A DNA stretch of 64,000 nt from Schmidtea polychroa (lineage: Eukaryota): positions 11,968,001 through 12,032,000 of the forward strand of contig CM097885.1 in assembly GCA_044892525.1 (NCBI GenBank). Direction: 5' to 3'. The translations under genes were made by a program, and so were the position numbers. This document shows, piece after piece, positions 1 to 14,655 of this stretch (the first letter of the stretch is position 1; the number at the start of each line of letters is the position of its first letter). Below the pieces are notes generated by a model, which saw only the letters and a list, made by a program, of their open reading frames with translations, was not told the origin of the DNA and made no database searches.

Positions 1-564
1 TTGTTGTGTTGAAAACACCAACAAACTATGGGAATCACTGTCTTGGATTTGAGAAGATATTTCTAAAAATATACATTGTTCTTTTTTTTCTCCTAGAATT
101 TTCATAACAAAACCAAAATAAAGGTTTTATTAAAATATTTCATCCCTAACTTATATTTGTTAATCTATAATTTATTTTTTGACCCCCACCCCGCTACGTC
201 CTTGCTGAGTTTGCTAAATATAATCCAGAAAAACAATTTTCTTCAAAGTTTTTCTTTTTTTTAAATTTTACTTCAAATAATTCACTTGTGACTTAACATT
301 GAATCCAGTAATTTTCTTGTAAACTTTATGTTCATTATCATGCTGATCTGGTCTGGTAAATATTTAATGATTCTTTTCTATACAAAATTTGTATTTTGTT
401 ATTCTCTAACAAAATAAAGTATAAAATTTACGATATTATAAATAATATCAATTTATCTTATGAAGTGACAGTATTTTGCAGTTATTATATATTTTTTATA
501 AATAATAACGCATAATAATAAAATAATCGTTATTTCATTGGATAACGGCTTATACACTCTAGGG

Positions 565-3159
565 CAGGGATGGCAAATAGGTTTTTATCAAAGTGCCAAA
601 ATAAACTAAATTTAAATTCAATTTTTTTCGCGTGCCCTCGTAACTTTTATTTGTTATATGTACCTATATATATATTTTTTATTCATTTTTTTATTCATAT
701 TTTTATTCACAAGAAAACAGAAATAAATTTCAATATTTGAGTTCATGTGATAATATTTATTCAATATAAAGAAATAGTAAAAAAAATTATAAAGTTTAAT
801 AATAAATTTAATAAAAAATTCTTAAATTTTGTTAGAAGTTTTTTGCTTCATATTACTTGCAAGGTTTTTAATATCAGGATGGTATGTTGTCGATTGTAAG
901 GTAATACAAGCTGCTGAGTCTTCTTCTGTTAATCTGTTTCTTGTCTTTGATAGTACATGATTAAGTACAGAAAAAAGACTCTCACAGTAATAAGTGGATG
1001 CGAAAATGGTTAACATTGCGATTGCTAATTTTTTTACAGAAGCAAATGCTTCTGGCATACTATTCCACACTTCCAATATCAAGTTTTCAATGCGGCATTC
1101 CGACTCTCCATCCTGTGACAATCGATGATATTCCAATTCTTCTATATTTTTTCGCATATTCACAAATTTTTGTGTCCAAATAGGATTAGATTGCAAATCT
1201 ACTGTCTGCATTTCTAAATTTTCTAATTTCATCCAATTAATAAGGTTGTTATCGAAATCCTGTATATCGAATAAGTCCGGATAATTTACAATTTTCAACA
1301 GCCTATCAATTCTTTTAAAATCTTTAAATCGATTTGAAAATTGTTCTTTTATAGTTTCAAGAACTTTAGAAAATTCGTAATTAAAATTCCAATTAGTTTT
1401 TTTGAAAATTGTAGATTCATTTAAAAAACTTTTAAGTTTCGGAAAATTATTATGTTTTCCAGATGCGATATCTCTAGCAAAAATATCTAATTTAATTTCA
1501 AACCCCTTTATCAATCCAAACATAACTTCAATTGTTTTTCCTCGTCCTTGCAATTTTTTATTAAGAACGTTTAAATGTAATGTTACGTCGGTAAAAAACA
1601 TTAATTTTGTTAACCATTCTGTATCATATAATTCTTTAAAACGATCCCTGTCGAATTCGTGTAAAAAAAGTCGAATTTCTTCCAAGCAATTCACAAATCG
1701 TTCTAAGGATGTCGCTCGACTTAGCCAACGTACACTATTGCACATTAAGAGAGTATCGTATTCGCAATCCATATCATTTAAAAGTTTTTTAAATTGTCTT
1801 TTATGCATGTCGCGTGCAACTACAAAATTTATGATTTTATTAACTTGTTCTGATATTTCTTTGAAATCGCTAGTTCCGAATTTTGCACAAAGAACTTGCT
1901 GATGAATAATGCAATGAAAGCCTATTATTGGATGACCAACTAGGTTTTGAAATAAATTAACAAAACCTATCTCTGGTCCAGTCATATTAGGAGCTCCATC
2001 TGTCGTTACAGAAATGATTTTTTTAATATTTATTTTAAGTTTGTTTAATTCATTGAATACAACTTCACAAATATCACTACCTCTTGTTCTTTCTGGGATA
2101 TTTGCTAATTTTAAAAGTTCTTCGTGCATTTCATTATCTTTCGGATAACGTGCAATGATTGCTAATCGAGGAGATGACTTAATATCTGTTGATTCATCGA
2201 GGCAAATTGAAATGTAGTCACAGCTATTAACATCGTTGTAAAGTTGATCAGAAATATTCGCACTTATTTTTAAAATTCTATCTTTAACTGAATTTCGGCT
2301 TAGCTGGACTTCTCGAATTCTTTGAATAATCTTTTCTTTATTATTAAAATCTTGAAACAAACTTTCGGCCGCTTTTAACATAACCGTTTTTACAAACTCT
2401 CCATCAGAAAATGGTTTTGATTGCTTAGCAATCAAATAAGAAATTTCAAAACTAGCTTCTGTAACATTGCTGTTGGTTTTTACAAATTTTGATAATGAAT
2501 TCGATTGATTTTCAGCTATCTTTAATCGTTGAGAAATTAGTTCTTTTCTTTCTTCAATATTTTTTTCGGCAATTTCTTTATGGTTGGTTTCAAATGTCGC
2601 TTAATAGAAGACGTTCGACATACAATAATTTCAGAGCACAGACCGCACCGACTTTTATCTCCATGTTTAACAAAACCGTAATCAGCAGTCCAAGAGAGTA
2701 CAAAGCTACGAATATCTTGTAGTTTTGGTTTTTTTGGTACCATTTTAATTCAGCAAAAAATAAATTTTATTTAAAATTAAACACAAATTTTATTGAACTG
2801 CACAAGTTAAAACAAAACTAAAAACTGATGTAAGAATATACAAGAATTATAACACAACCATATACGTATGTACAAAATAACCGTTATTTTGGCAAATAGG
2901 TTTTTATCAAAGTGCCAAAATAAACTAAATTTAATAATTAATTGCGTTATTTAATAACGCAAAGCCAACTAGAGAAAAAAATATAGAATTCAATTCAAAG
3001 CCGTTGATTAAAATTTTGGGTCCAAATTTTTTTTTAAAAAGCAGTAATTATTTTATAATAAGAATTTTTTCTACTTCTTTTTTTGAATTTCTTAGAGTGC
3101 CAGAAGTTTTTTGTCTGCGTGCCAAGTTTGGCACGCGTGCCATGTAATTGCCATCCCTG
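565..3159 (-). mobile_element. hAT DNA transposon (Buster/SPIN/Charlie-type), full length
   Basis: 12-bp perfect TIRs CAGGGATGGCAA (565-576) / TTGCCATCCCTG (3148-3159). Perfect 8-bp TSD CTCTAGGG (557-564, 3160-3167). Encloses a hAT transposase gene. Confidence 0.96.
822..2743 (-). pseudogene. hAT transposase (GTF2IRD2/SPIN-like), about 640 aa, one frameshift near 2592
   Basis: ORF 2743-2537 gives a BED-finger-like start (CGLC...KRH). Restoring one T (CAT TTT GAA) continues RHFETNHKE... without stops into ORF 2435-822. That ORF has LDESTD, TTDGAP, HCIIHQ, VRWLS and the dimerisation motif STYYCESLFS. Confidence 0.9.
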
Positions 3160-3475
3160 CTCTAGGGTACACTTAATAAATAGAATAAATATTCAATTTA
3201 ATATTGAAAAAAGTGCGAATATTCTGCAAGATAAACTATTTTAGCTCATATTTTAAAAACGGGTATCATTTAAGACACTCTAGAATGGATGGGATAATAT
3301 TTTAATGTACATTTTACTTATTAAAAGAAAAGAGATTACAATTAGTTAAGAAGTTGTTTACACATGATACGGTAAAAATAACAATTATACATCTATTCAG
3401 CTTTCATTTGTTATTGAAACAATGTAAATAATGTGAAAAACTAAAACAAAATTATGAACCATTAAAACTTTAATA

Positions 3476-4254
3476 AACCAATTCCTCGTTTTACGAAGTC
3501 TCTTTTCACAAAGTTTCGCTATAACGTAATTTAGAAAATAATTCACAGTGTCTGTTTACGATAAAAAAATATTGGATTTACAAATTTTGTTTTTGTTTAA
3601 TTAGGGAAATCACACGTACAAATATACAGAAACAGAATACATAATAAAACAAATGAATTATATATTTATTGTTGTGATTACTTGAATATTATAAGCAGAA
3701 AATGCGCATTTTAAACGAGAAAGATCGTATAGAGCAACGCCGTTTAAAAGTAACCCGAGTAGTCAACGATACTATCAATTGTTATAAACAGCTATATAGA
3801 GAAAGACAAAATGCGGCAAAACCACTAACCCTAGACCCATTTTTATCACCAATTGCTTCGACATCGGTTGCTGCTAAAAATTCTTACTTAGACTTGAATT
3901 CCAGCGCATAGACCTAGAGTACATTCACATGTGCTATGTACATAATACGTAAAAGAATAATATGAATTTACTAATTTAATTAAATGTATAATGTTCCTTG
4001 AATTATTTATGTAATAGATATATTTTTTTTTGTTTTGAATAAATAAAATACACACAAATTATTTTTGGTTTTGAATTACGAATATTTTCTTCAATATTAT
4101 TAATTGATTAGATTTTTTAATTTATAATTTACCGTTTTTAATCAGACTTCATGGTTTATATTACCGATAATTAAAATAAAAATTCGCTTAACAAAATTTT
4201 GATTTACATTCATTTTTTTGAGAACGAATTAATTAGTTAAGCGAAGAATTGGTG
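3476..4254 (+). mobile_element. Internally deleted Tigger/pogo-like element
   Basis: Imperfect TIRs AACCAATTCCTCGTTTTACGAA / TTAGTTAAGCGAAGAATTGGTG with TA on both sides. ORF 3702-3911 (RRLKV..V...I.CYKQLY....K..TLD.F) resembles a Tigger transposase C-terminus. Confidence 0.6.
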
Positions 4255-7200
4255 TATAAATAAAAAGCGTGTGTACTCAGGGATCAGTATTGGACGGAAA
4301 GAAAGTATTTGTTTGAATGTTTAGGCTTCTTTAATGGAAAAATTACGTTTTTAACTCTACAACTACTTTTTTTATTTATCAACTAAGAGTACTTTTTAAA
4401 TTACTTAATTTATTTTAATTAATTACCACAAATTTGTAACTCAATTTAAGCACTAAGCAGTTATATAAAGCACATATACATTTAAGTACATATAAGTATA
4501 AAAAATACATACTAAGCCGAATATTTTTCATTTTACCACTCAACCACAAATATGCAAAGTAACCCGTTACCTCCGGGTGCTCCTTTATATGGGCGAACTC
4601 GAATAACCCATAATAATTACATAATAATAAAACTATATCTAACGTTTTTCTATTATTTCTAACTATATCTGTTCATAATTTATTTTTATTCTTATAAACT
4701 CCCCAAAACATTTTTTTACGCAGCGAAGAATATTTTGTAATAATTGCGTAATTGACTCCACCCACTTATTTTTTATTTTTTAAACCTTTTTATTCTTATT
4801 TCTTTTAATATGTCTTATTAAATAATTATCAAATTTCTGAAAAACAATTCGGTAGTTAACGAGTTAATTGTAGTAATAGTTGTAATGTAATTCTTGTGTC
4901 AAGGGTTGTTATCTGCTATATTAAATAGTTTATTATTTGTTTTAATTAACCACTGTTATCTTTGTTATTTATATAAGATCAAGTTGAAATTCTGAAAGCC
5001 TTAACATATCTTCTGAAAATAAGATTCATGAACAAGTACACTTTATAATTATTATTATTTTAGATAAAGTTGTAAATAAGGCACCAAATAAAGTTTTTAC
5101 GTGATAAATGAGCTAAATTGTTTTAATCGTTTTAAAAATTTAAAATTTATTTAAAACTTTATTACAATTAGAGTAGTTTAGTTGCATTTGTATAAATTAT
5201 ACAAAAAAATATCAAAGTTTTATTTATTTTAAATTTGAAAACAAATTACAAACTTTTCATAAATTGCTTTTTAGTAATCTTTTGTCAAAATATGAAATAT
5301 AGACTTTTCATATTTTTTTCTTTCTCCATAACTAACAAATTGTGGGAATTAGAACTGGCATTACTGACTTCCCCATAATACGTAATAGAGTCTCTTGAGA
5401 GTTTCAATTGCGATGTGCTCAAGTTTATTTTTTTTAAAAAATCTTTCCACTTTAGCATTGTTATTAGCCAATTGTTTGTAAAATATTTTTCCAGCTATAA
5501 ACAAATTAATTTCATAAAAATAAGTCAACAATATTCGTTTGTTTTATTTATTATTATTTGAAATGGTTTTTGACTGTTTTAGATTTGACATTTTCACTTT
5601 GAAATAAAATGTTCAAAATTGCATTATTTTCCTTTCCAAATCCTTTTTCAAAAAGACGGTTTAAGTAATGAAATTGTCAACGCATTAATTACAGTGTTTA
5701 AATTTCAACCTTTAATTTTGTTCACTCTTGTTTTTTTTCGACATTTTTTATTATTAATTTTAAATTTATAGTGACAATAAAAAATTCGATTTAAAAAAAT
5801 GATAAGAAATAATTAAAAAAAATAAAATTTAATGTTATAATAAATGAAACAAATCGTATTTTATTAAATTGTAGTTATTAAATAAAATTAAATATATATT
5901 AGAATTTTTTAAAAAATTAGAAATAATATAAAAATTTTTTTTCTAAAATTTAAAATTTAAATTTAAAGAATTAATATGATAATTTCTAATTATTTATCAA
6001 TTATAAATTCTATCAGTTATTTCTGATTATTACAATAACTTGATTTGGCAAATATTTAGATATTTATTTGATATTGCTTATTTATGTTTATAAGTTTGCT
6101 AAACTAATTAATATTAATTAATTTTAAATTAATTAATTCGAATTAATTTTGAAAATTTTAAAAATATTTATGAAAACAAATCATTCACAAACACAGAATA
6201 ACATGAATAAATTTGTGACCAGCCGGCAATGTTATAAGCTGATTTTAATCACAAAAGTAAAGAGATAATTAATTATTATAATAAGTAAATAAAGTAAAAT
6301 AATAGAGATAAATAAAGGTTATTCTATCTTTTTAATAAAACAATGGATACAAGTTATTAGATAAAATTAAAATAGACATATTAATTAAAATTATTACTTT
6401 TACATTTAATATTATTTTTAATAACTAATTAATTTTGTTAATTAAATGTTAAAAAATTAAAAATAAATAATTTGATGTTTAAAACAAAAAAAAACACGTC
6501 AATAATGAATTATGTTTTAGTTAAGTTTGAAATTATAAATATTAAAATCAAAAATGTACGTATATTTTTACAGTTTGTTTCTACAAAAGACATAAAATTT
6601 GGATATATTTAGTACTTTATATTTTATATCTTCGTGACGCTAAACTCAGAATTTTAATTAAAAAAATTCATCTAAGGTTTTAATTTTTTTTAAATGTCAT
6701 TTAAAGTAATGAAAAAAACAATCATCAGTAGCTTCGACAGTTTGTTAATTTTTATACTAAATAAATAAAAAAAATAAGATAAATAAAAAAACTTTTTACT
6801 ATTTTTTATATTTATTTAACAAACTGAAAAAAATGAAAAATGTAAGCATATCGCAAGAATGAAAACTGTTAAACAAATTGACGCAAAGCAATGGCTTATG
6901 TGCATAAATTACAAAATAAGTTTTGTTTAATTGTAAAAGGGCATTTTAAAAATTGAAAAAGGAAATAATTGAAAAATAATTGAAATAATTGAAAAAGGCA
7001 GTGCCGAAAATTCGTGAGTATCAAAAACATTGATATATTACTGATTTATATAAACATTTTATTGGTATTATTGTAATATTAGTTATACAAAAATAGTTCC
7101 AATTATTGAAAATATATTAAAATATAGTAAAATATGTCATTAAGATTTGGCTCAATGAGCAATGTAATTTTTGGGCATCTAAATATTTATCTACAGTCAA

Positions 7201-7840
7201 AATAAAGATATGTAAACTAAAAATAAAACACATTATTTATAATAATCTATATTTAGTAATTTGGACTTTTTTGTTTAAATTTATATATATAAATTTTTTT
7301 ATATTTTATTCAGCTTCAAAAGGTGCTGTATAAAATGTTTACTATTAGTAAAAATAGTAAATTTACTATGAAATGAATATTTTCTATAATTTTACCCTGA
7401 TATTTTCCATTTATCACAATAAACTATTCACTAAAAATCTTTAATGATACACTTAATTTGAAAAAATAAATAATTTACACTTTCTTCAGATCAGTTGGAA
7501 GTTTGTTTACGAAGAAGTGTAAATCATTTCTACGATACAAACAACTAAATATTTGTTTTAACAATTATTCAAAATTTACATATAAAATTTGGGGAAAAGT
7601 TTTTCGAAACATCAAATATTATGTTCACAGTTAAGATTTAATTTCTCAAAAAATTTACCGAAATAAAATCAATATTTACCATTTAAAATGAAAAAATCGC
7701 TAACGAAGCAAACTTTAATTCGATAAATCACTTCAAAGTAAATTTAAAATGAAAAATTGCTACAGCTTTAAATTCGATCAAATAATTCCAAAATTAAATT
7801 TCGAAGATATTAATATTTTTTATGTTATAATATTCAGGAT

Positions 7841-8205
<365 letters not shown>

Positions 8206-8343
8206 AATAGTAATTAAAAACTATATGTTAATTAATTAATAATGAAAAAATTATTGATAACAAAAAAATGAGTTTATAATTAATATTGTTTAAATTATAA
8301 TTTTTTGATTTTATTGAAAATTGATCAATTATATATTCTATAG

Positions 8344-8526
8344 GGTTCAACAGAAAAATTCCATTCAAACCTCGATTTTCTATGACTGGAGATGAAGAAG
8401 CAGGAGATCAAAGTTTAAGAATTGAAAATGTAACAATATCCGATGCTGGAGAGTACGAATGTCAAGTTACTCGAGGAAACTATGGCAAAAAGGAATTGCG
8501 CAGATTAACTCGTTTGACTGTATTGG
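8344..8526 (+). CDS. Nephrin/Sns-like Ig superfamily protein, exon A (second half of a V-type Ig domain)
   Basis: AG 8342-43, GT 8527-28. Translates FNRKIPFKPRFSMTGDEEAGDQSLRIENVTISDAGEYECQV...LTVL, with a DxGxYxC motif typical of the first nephrin Ig domain. Phase 1/1. Confidence 0.88.
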
Positions 8527-9972
8527 GTTAGCTAATTATATTTTTATTTTATTATTCTTTTCTCGACGATGAAATAAACCTAATTTTATATTGAAATAGT
8601 GATAAATATGAATCATTCCACAACATGAATTTAATTTGATTATATTTGTAATTAATAGTATTTATCGAGAAATACAATTAGAATTATTTTTTTGGTTGTG
8701 TAGAAAAGAAATAGTTTAAACTAAATAATATATATTTTTTTATAATTTTTTATTTAAAACGTCACCTTTACTTTGAGTAACCCTCTCATATTATTTTATA
8801 CGGGTGATAAAATAAGATTTCTGCATTTAATATAATAATATTTTCAAGAATATTACGTAACCTATACAACGGGTAGGTACGAGTCGGAACATCTAATCTG
8901 GTTAAATTCAACGAGTTTACAAATATTTATCTTAGTGTTTTACATTTCTTTTTTTAATTAATTAATTAATTAATATATTTTTTATTAATTTTTCACATTT
9001 AATATTATAAATATTATTATAATAATTAGAGATTTTCATGAGTTAAAATAAATTCTAAAACAGAAAATCAACAAATAAATTATTTTCAAAATGGTTTTAG
9101 AGTTAATTTTAAATCTGTCCAACAATTCAGGAAATAAATCTGACAAATGCAAATGAAAATAATTATATTTTTCTTATTGTAGTTTGAATGAACTAAGTAA
9201 TTTTAAAAATTTTTGTTTTAATGACTGTTAATTAAAATGTTGTTTGAAATATTATATTTAAACAAATACTCGTTTTAATCAATTAAAGTTATTTAATTGT
9301 CAGAATTATTTCTAATCTTGGATAAAGAAAACAACATGTCAATTAATTAGTAATGGGAAAATTGATGAATACAAAAAATTTAGAAAATTTCAAAATATTT
9401 TATTATTTTTTAAATTTATACTTTTAACTAAAAATTTGTTTCCATAGTACCAATATGATTGAATATTCTTCAATAGTTATTAATAAATTTCAATTAATTT
9501 TTTACACCAAAAAGCGTAGTTAAGGGGAAGAGGGAGAGACAAAAAAAAGAAAAAAGTAATTTCAAATTGTTTTAATATATATTTATTTTAAAGCAAGAAT
9601 TTAATTTCTTTTACTTTATGTATCAAATACTATTTTTTAATAATTAATTATTTTTGTTAATTAAATGTTAAAAAATTTAAAAAATACATCAATGTTTAAA
9701 ACAATAAAAACTCGTTAAGAATGAATTACATCTTTTAGTTAAGTTTGAAATTATAAATATTAAAATTCAAACCAAACGTTGAAATGTAAAGAAAAATAAA
9801 TAAATAAAAATTAGATATAATAAAGCAATATATTGAAAATAAGATCAAATTTATTTAAATTCTATTTTGCATAAAACTGAAAATTTAACAAAATTTAACA
9901 AAATTCACATATAATTATATAATTATAAATATTTATTTTTGTAATTTGTTCAGTTAATAAACAAACTACATA

Positions 9973-10004
<32 letters not shown>

Positions 10005-11866
10005 ATTTATATTTATATTTATATTTATATATTTATAAAGGTAAATCATATTTTATTAGTAAAATAAAATCCAGAAAATAAAATGGAAAAATTTCAATTA
10101 AATACTTGAAATATTGAAGTAATTTCTTCACTTTTAAACAAATTGTTGACATGCATATAATTTTTACATCTAAAGTATTATATTATAAAATATTTTATTC
10201 GCAAATTATGAAAGAAAAATAAAAGTCGAGTCTCAATTTATCTCAATTTGTTTTAGTTTGACTTATCATGAAAATATACAGGAAATTATAAAAATTATTA
10301 ATTAGCAAAAAAGATTTTCCCTTAATTATTAATTCAATGCTTACTTTTCTGAAATATATTCTTTTAATTAAAAAACATTATTGCATAGAAGAAATGCTAA
10401 TAATAAAATGTTAACATCACATTTCTTATTGTTGGGTTTTAATAAATTTCGGTAGGTTCACAATTCAATCTGGCCCCAAGAGTATGGATGACGTCTCACA
10501 AATACCGGACATTTATCTTCGTGCTGTTTTTACATTAAATGTCAATGTCGTACCATTTTTTTGCTACCGACACTGATATTCACAAATTTAACATCCAGAT
10601 AAAATGGGAAATAATATTGTTATATAATTATATTATAAATTAAAAAATCACGTTATTAAACATCGTTACTTATAGTTAATCATTTGCACTACATGCCATG
10701 ATTGTGAATGTGAATTAGGAAATTTTGTAAATATTTGAGCACTGGAATGTGTTACATGTTGGTGTCATCTCAATTCTATGATTTACATCGACAATATTTC
10801 TTCATTTTTGTTAATTTATTCAAATTAATGGACGTAATTTCTTTACTATTATACATCTACTTGATTTGAGTTTTATATAATTTTCACTCAAATTTAATTA
10901 ATTCTATATTTAAATTACATTTTTACACTTCTTCACACTTTAACTAACTCTTTTTACTCTGCACACTTTTCAAAATCAACCTGAATCTTGCGTAGAGGTT
11001 AATCTTCAAACGTGAAATGTCCCATTCTGGTACGTTATATTCAAAATGACTAGGTTAGCACTAAGTTAAATTCACTTTTACTCTCTTTCCCTGTAAAATT
11101 ACTTTTCTTTCTTTGACCAACTGGCAATTCTTTTTAGTTGCCAGTTGCTTTAAGTAATTACCTGTCTAGTAATTTTATTATCTTCTTATCAATTTACTTT
11201 TGATACTTTCCTCCTGGCTTCCTCTTTCCGACTATTTATTTTTTGATAGTCAATCCTTATTTAATTACTCGTCGGTTAATTTTATTGCCTCTACCTAATT
11301 TGATTGACCACTTGGGTCCTCTTACACTGTTCGGGTTTTCAATTCGCTCAATTTTCCTATTAGCTAATTAATTTTTTAACTTTATTTTTATTATATTTGA
11401 CCTTTATTATATTATTATATTATATATTTATTATATTGTTCGACATCTGCCCATACCATTTCCTCCGGAATATATTCGCTTTTAATTTTTTTTAATTTTT
11501 AATTAATATTTTTGTACTTTAAATTAATACAGTGAATTTGATGTTTTTATTGATTTGCACCTTGTTTTTGTGCCTGTCTCGTCGAACCCCGAAATATTTG
11601 CTTTTCTGGCTCACTTAAAAATTAATTCAGTGATCAAAACCATTTTTTTGCTCTTATGAATCTTATGAATTAACTACAAGAAACAAACATTGACATCTTT
11701 CTGACTTAATTATAGATATTATAATAATTAAAACACAAATCAAAATCTTTTATTTTCAAAATAAAATAGAGTCAATTTTAATCACATACATTACTATGAA
11801 AAATATGAAAAGAAATTAAAACTTTATTTCACCTTTATAACTTGAATCATATTAAATTTTATTCAG

Positions 11867-12226
11867 TTCCACCGTCCCAACCTCTGATCTATGAAAACAA
11901 TAACAGACAACCAAGTTCGACAATTCTAATAACGATTTCGGCGAAAATGTACGACAATCATAATAAGAAGCTCAATCTAAAATGTGAATCCAAAGGAGGT
12001 CAACCAGATCCAACCTTTGAATGGTATCACAATTCTCAAATGTTGAAAGAACAGGAACTTTTAGTTAAAATAATCGATTACAAAACTCATAGTTTTTTGA
12101 CAATTAGTTTCACTCAATTAATGAATGGCGATTCAATAGCCTGTGCCGTTTCCAACAAGGCTACTTTACGGAACAGTCAAACAAGCCAAACCAAACTGAA
12201 AACAAGTGTGACAATAACCGTTAATA
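11867..12226 (+). CDS. Nephrin-like protein exon B (C2-type Ig domain)
   Basis: ttcAG acceptor, GTAAGT donor. VPPSQP...LKCESKGGQPDPTFEWY...IACAVSN...ITVN. Phase compatible with exon A. Confidence 0.9.
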
Positions 12227-12981
12227 GTAAGTAGTTGAACATTGTGCTTTATATTCATAATTATATTCAATATATTTCATTTATTTCTATTGCGATTATA
12301 GATCAATTTCTTTTTTCTTTATTTGTGTAACACAAGTTTTCAGCACTGTTTTTATTAAATGTTAATTAAAATATTTTATCATTTGTTTGTTTTGTTAGGA
12401 TTGTCTAGATTAATGATAGTATAAAATAGATTTTAAATGCACAGAAATGTAAAATTCCAAAAATAATAATTGAAATGGAAAAGATGATTAATAAATTAGA
12501 AAAGTTGATATTTTTCCAAGGACACGGATATGAGCAAAGGGCAAATGATGAAAAGAACACGAATATAGAGTAATATAAAAATGATTAAAAGCGGGTAGAC
12601 AAAGTTATTAAAGAAATACAGATTAATTAATTAATTAACTGTAATAAATTAAATAAATTAGATTAGAAGAAACTTTAAGCTTGACAGACAAAAGATCAAC
12701 CTATCAAGCAAATTAAATTGGTCCCGACTCCTTATAAGAGAATAATTTAATTAAAATGTAAAATGAGGCGAGAATTCCTATAAAAGAAGCTTTTGACTCA
12801 GGAAAACTAACATTTTGATCGATGAAAAAATAAGGGTGTTTTAAAAGTGAAGATAAAGTTTTAAAGCCGAGTCAGATTCGTTAAACTATTGTATTTGAGA
12901 CGGTGTCCCATATGAGTTGTATTGATTGAGTTCGAAAGATTGTAAACTGTTTTAATAGTAAAAGTTAAGAGGGATTTAATC

Positions 12982-13965
12982 ACTAATTTCACAATATAAA
13001 GTCTGTTATTGACAATATAAACAAATGCTTTGACAGTTAAACAAATCAATGACAGAATAAATACAATTTTTGACAAAAAAATATAACAACCTATTTAATC
13101 AACTATAAGTTCTTAATTAATACATCTTGGTATATAAGTCCACATATTTCTTAAATATACATCACAATCGATTGCAGTCACCAAAGTACTTCCATTAGCA
13201 ATATCATCCATATACTCTGTTTCATTCTGTGGATTGACCCTTTTTGTAATCTCCTTCCACTTGCTTAACATATTCTCAATAGGGCTGATAAAAGGCGAGT
13301 ACGGTGGTACTCATCAATGATAATGTTGACAACTTCTGGACTCCTGTGGAACTTTACATTATCCATAATATATAATGCTCGAAAAATTGCCTTATCAATT
13401 AAAATCTGCTTAAAATCATTAATATATTCAATAAATAACTTATTATTTATTGCGCGATTATGATACTTATAGAAAATTACACCACTTTTTTTCATGGCGC
13501 AAATTATCGATATATTACGTGATCAAATGTTTGGATCTTTTGAGTAGCCGGTGTTCCTATGCATGAGCGGCTCCGTGTTGTCGGAATTGAAACATTAAAT
13601 CCAACCTCATCAATAAATATGAGTTCTTCCTCGGAATAAAACTTAAAACGGAACTAAAATTAAGTGCGTAGTTGCTTCTTACGGAAATTACATCAGTAGA
13701 AATTCGTCTTTCGGGAATTAGATGAAGTCTTTTGAACGAATAGTGAAAGAAAGTTAATAAATTGTGAACATAAGTATTGGAAACCCGCACACCATATCGG
13801 TTGTCGGATGTGAAAGTTGTTCGCTTTCTTTATTTTCAACATTTGTGTCATTTAAAGAATTCTCCTAGATGTATTAATTGAGAAGTTATAGTAGATTAAA
13901 TAGCTTGTTATATATTTTTTTAATATTTTACATTGTCAAGGTATTAGTTTATATTGTCAAATTAG
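12982..13965 (-). mobile_element. Degenerate Tc1/IS630-like element with long imperfect TIRs
   Basis: Minus-strand fragments YSFKR..., IDEVGFN, NISIICAM, IMDNVKFH, YSPFISPIENM (DD..E motifs) broken by frameshifts. Inverted arms about 13009-13127 and 13867-13960 (e.g. AGATGTATTAATT.AGAA.TTATAGT.GATTAAATAG). Outer ends approximate. Confidence 0.8.
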
Positions 13966-13966
13966 G

Positions 13967-13969
<3 letters not shown>

Positions 13970-14046
<77 letters not shown>
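13970..14046. repeat. (TA)n microsatellite
   Basis: Direct reading. Confidence 0.97.
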
Positions 14047-14048
<2 letters not shown>

Positions 14049-14588
14049 GTGACCTACATCAAATTCTGAGTTGACCTAGATATTTTCCAGGGGGAGTTGG
14101 TCCAGTGGTTACATGGTATAACGGTGAGACTCTCATCTACTGAATATGAATTCGTTTGAATTAACTGTTCTGAACTAATTAGGATATGACACTGTTAACG
14201 AATTTTGATCAACAGGTTTACTGCCATAAAAAAATGTGTTTGAATAATTAGTTAGCCATCCTTTTCATCCAGTTTGTGCTTCTTTTTTAAATAAAATTAA
14301 AAATACCAAATAATCAAACAAAATATAAGCGGCTAATAAATAGTTTTTAATACAATGAATAAAAAGAATTTTTGAAGAGATTATCCCTGACAAAAAACAG
14401 TTTTCCATAGGTTATTATATTTTATATTTTATGCGTGTATAAATAACTATTTTCATGAATAATTAAAGTAAAAAAAATTTCAAATATAAAGGAAAAATAT
14501 TTACGGAAAATGCCCACATTAGTGAGAATTTAAACAATGTTGAAAGTTTTTTCATAAATATTCACGCAATTAAATAATATACAAATAA

Positions 14589-14655
<67 letters not shown>

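Noticed and set aside
1..48. Small hairpin and GGGAATCACTG, a possible hAT right end
   Set aside because: The partner end and TSD would lie outside the window, so it cannot be supported.
1402..1902. 166-aa + strand ORF, plus antisense ORFs at 19064-19692 and 21093-21326
   Set aside because: Shadow frames opposite transposase genes.
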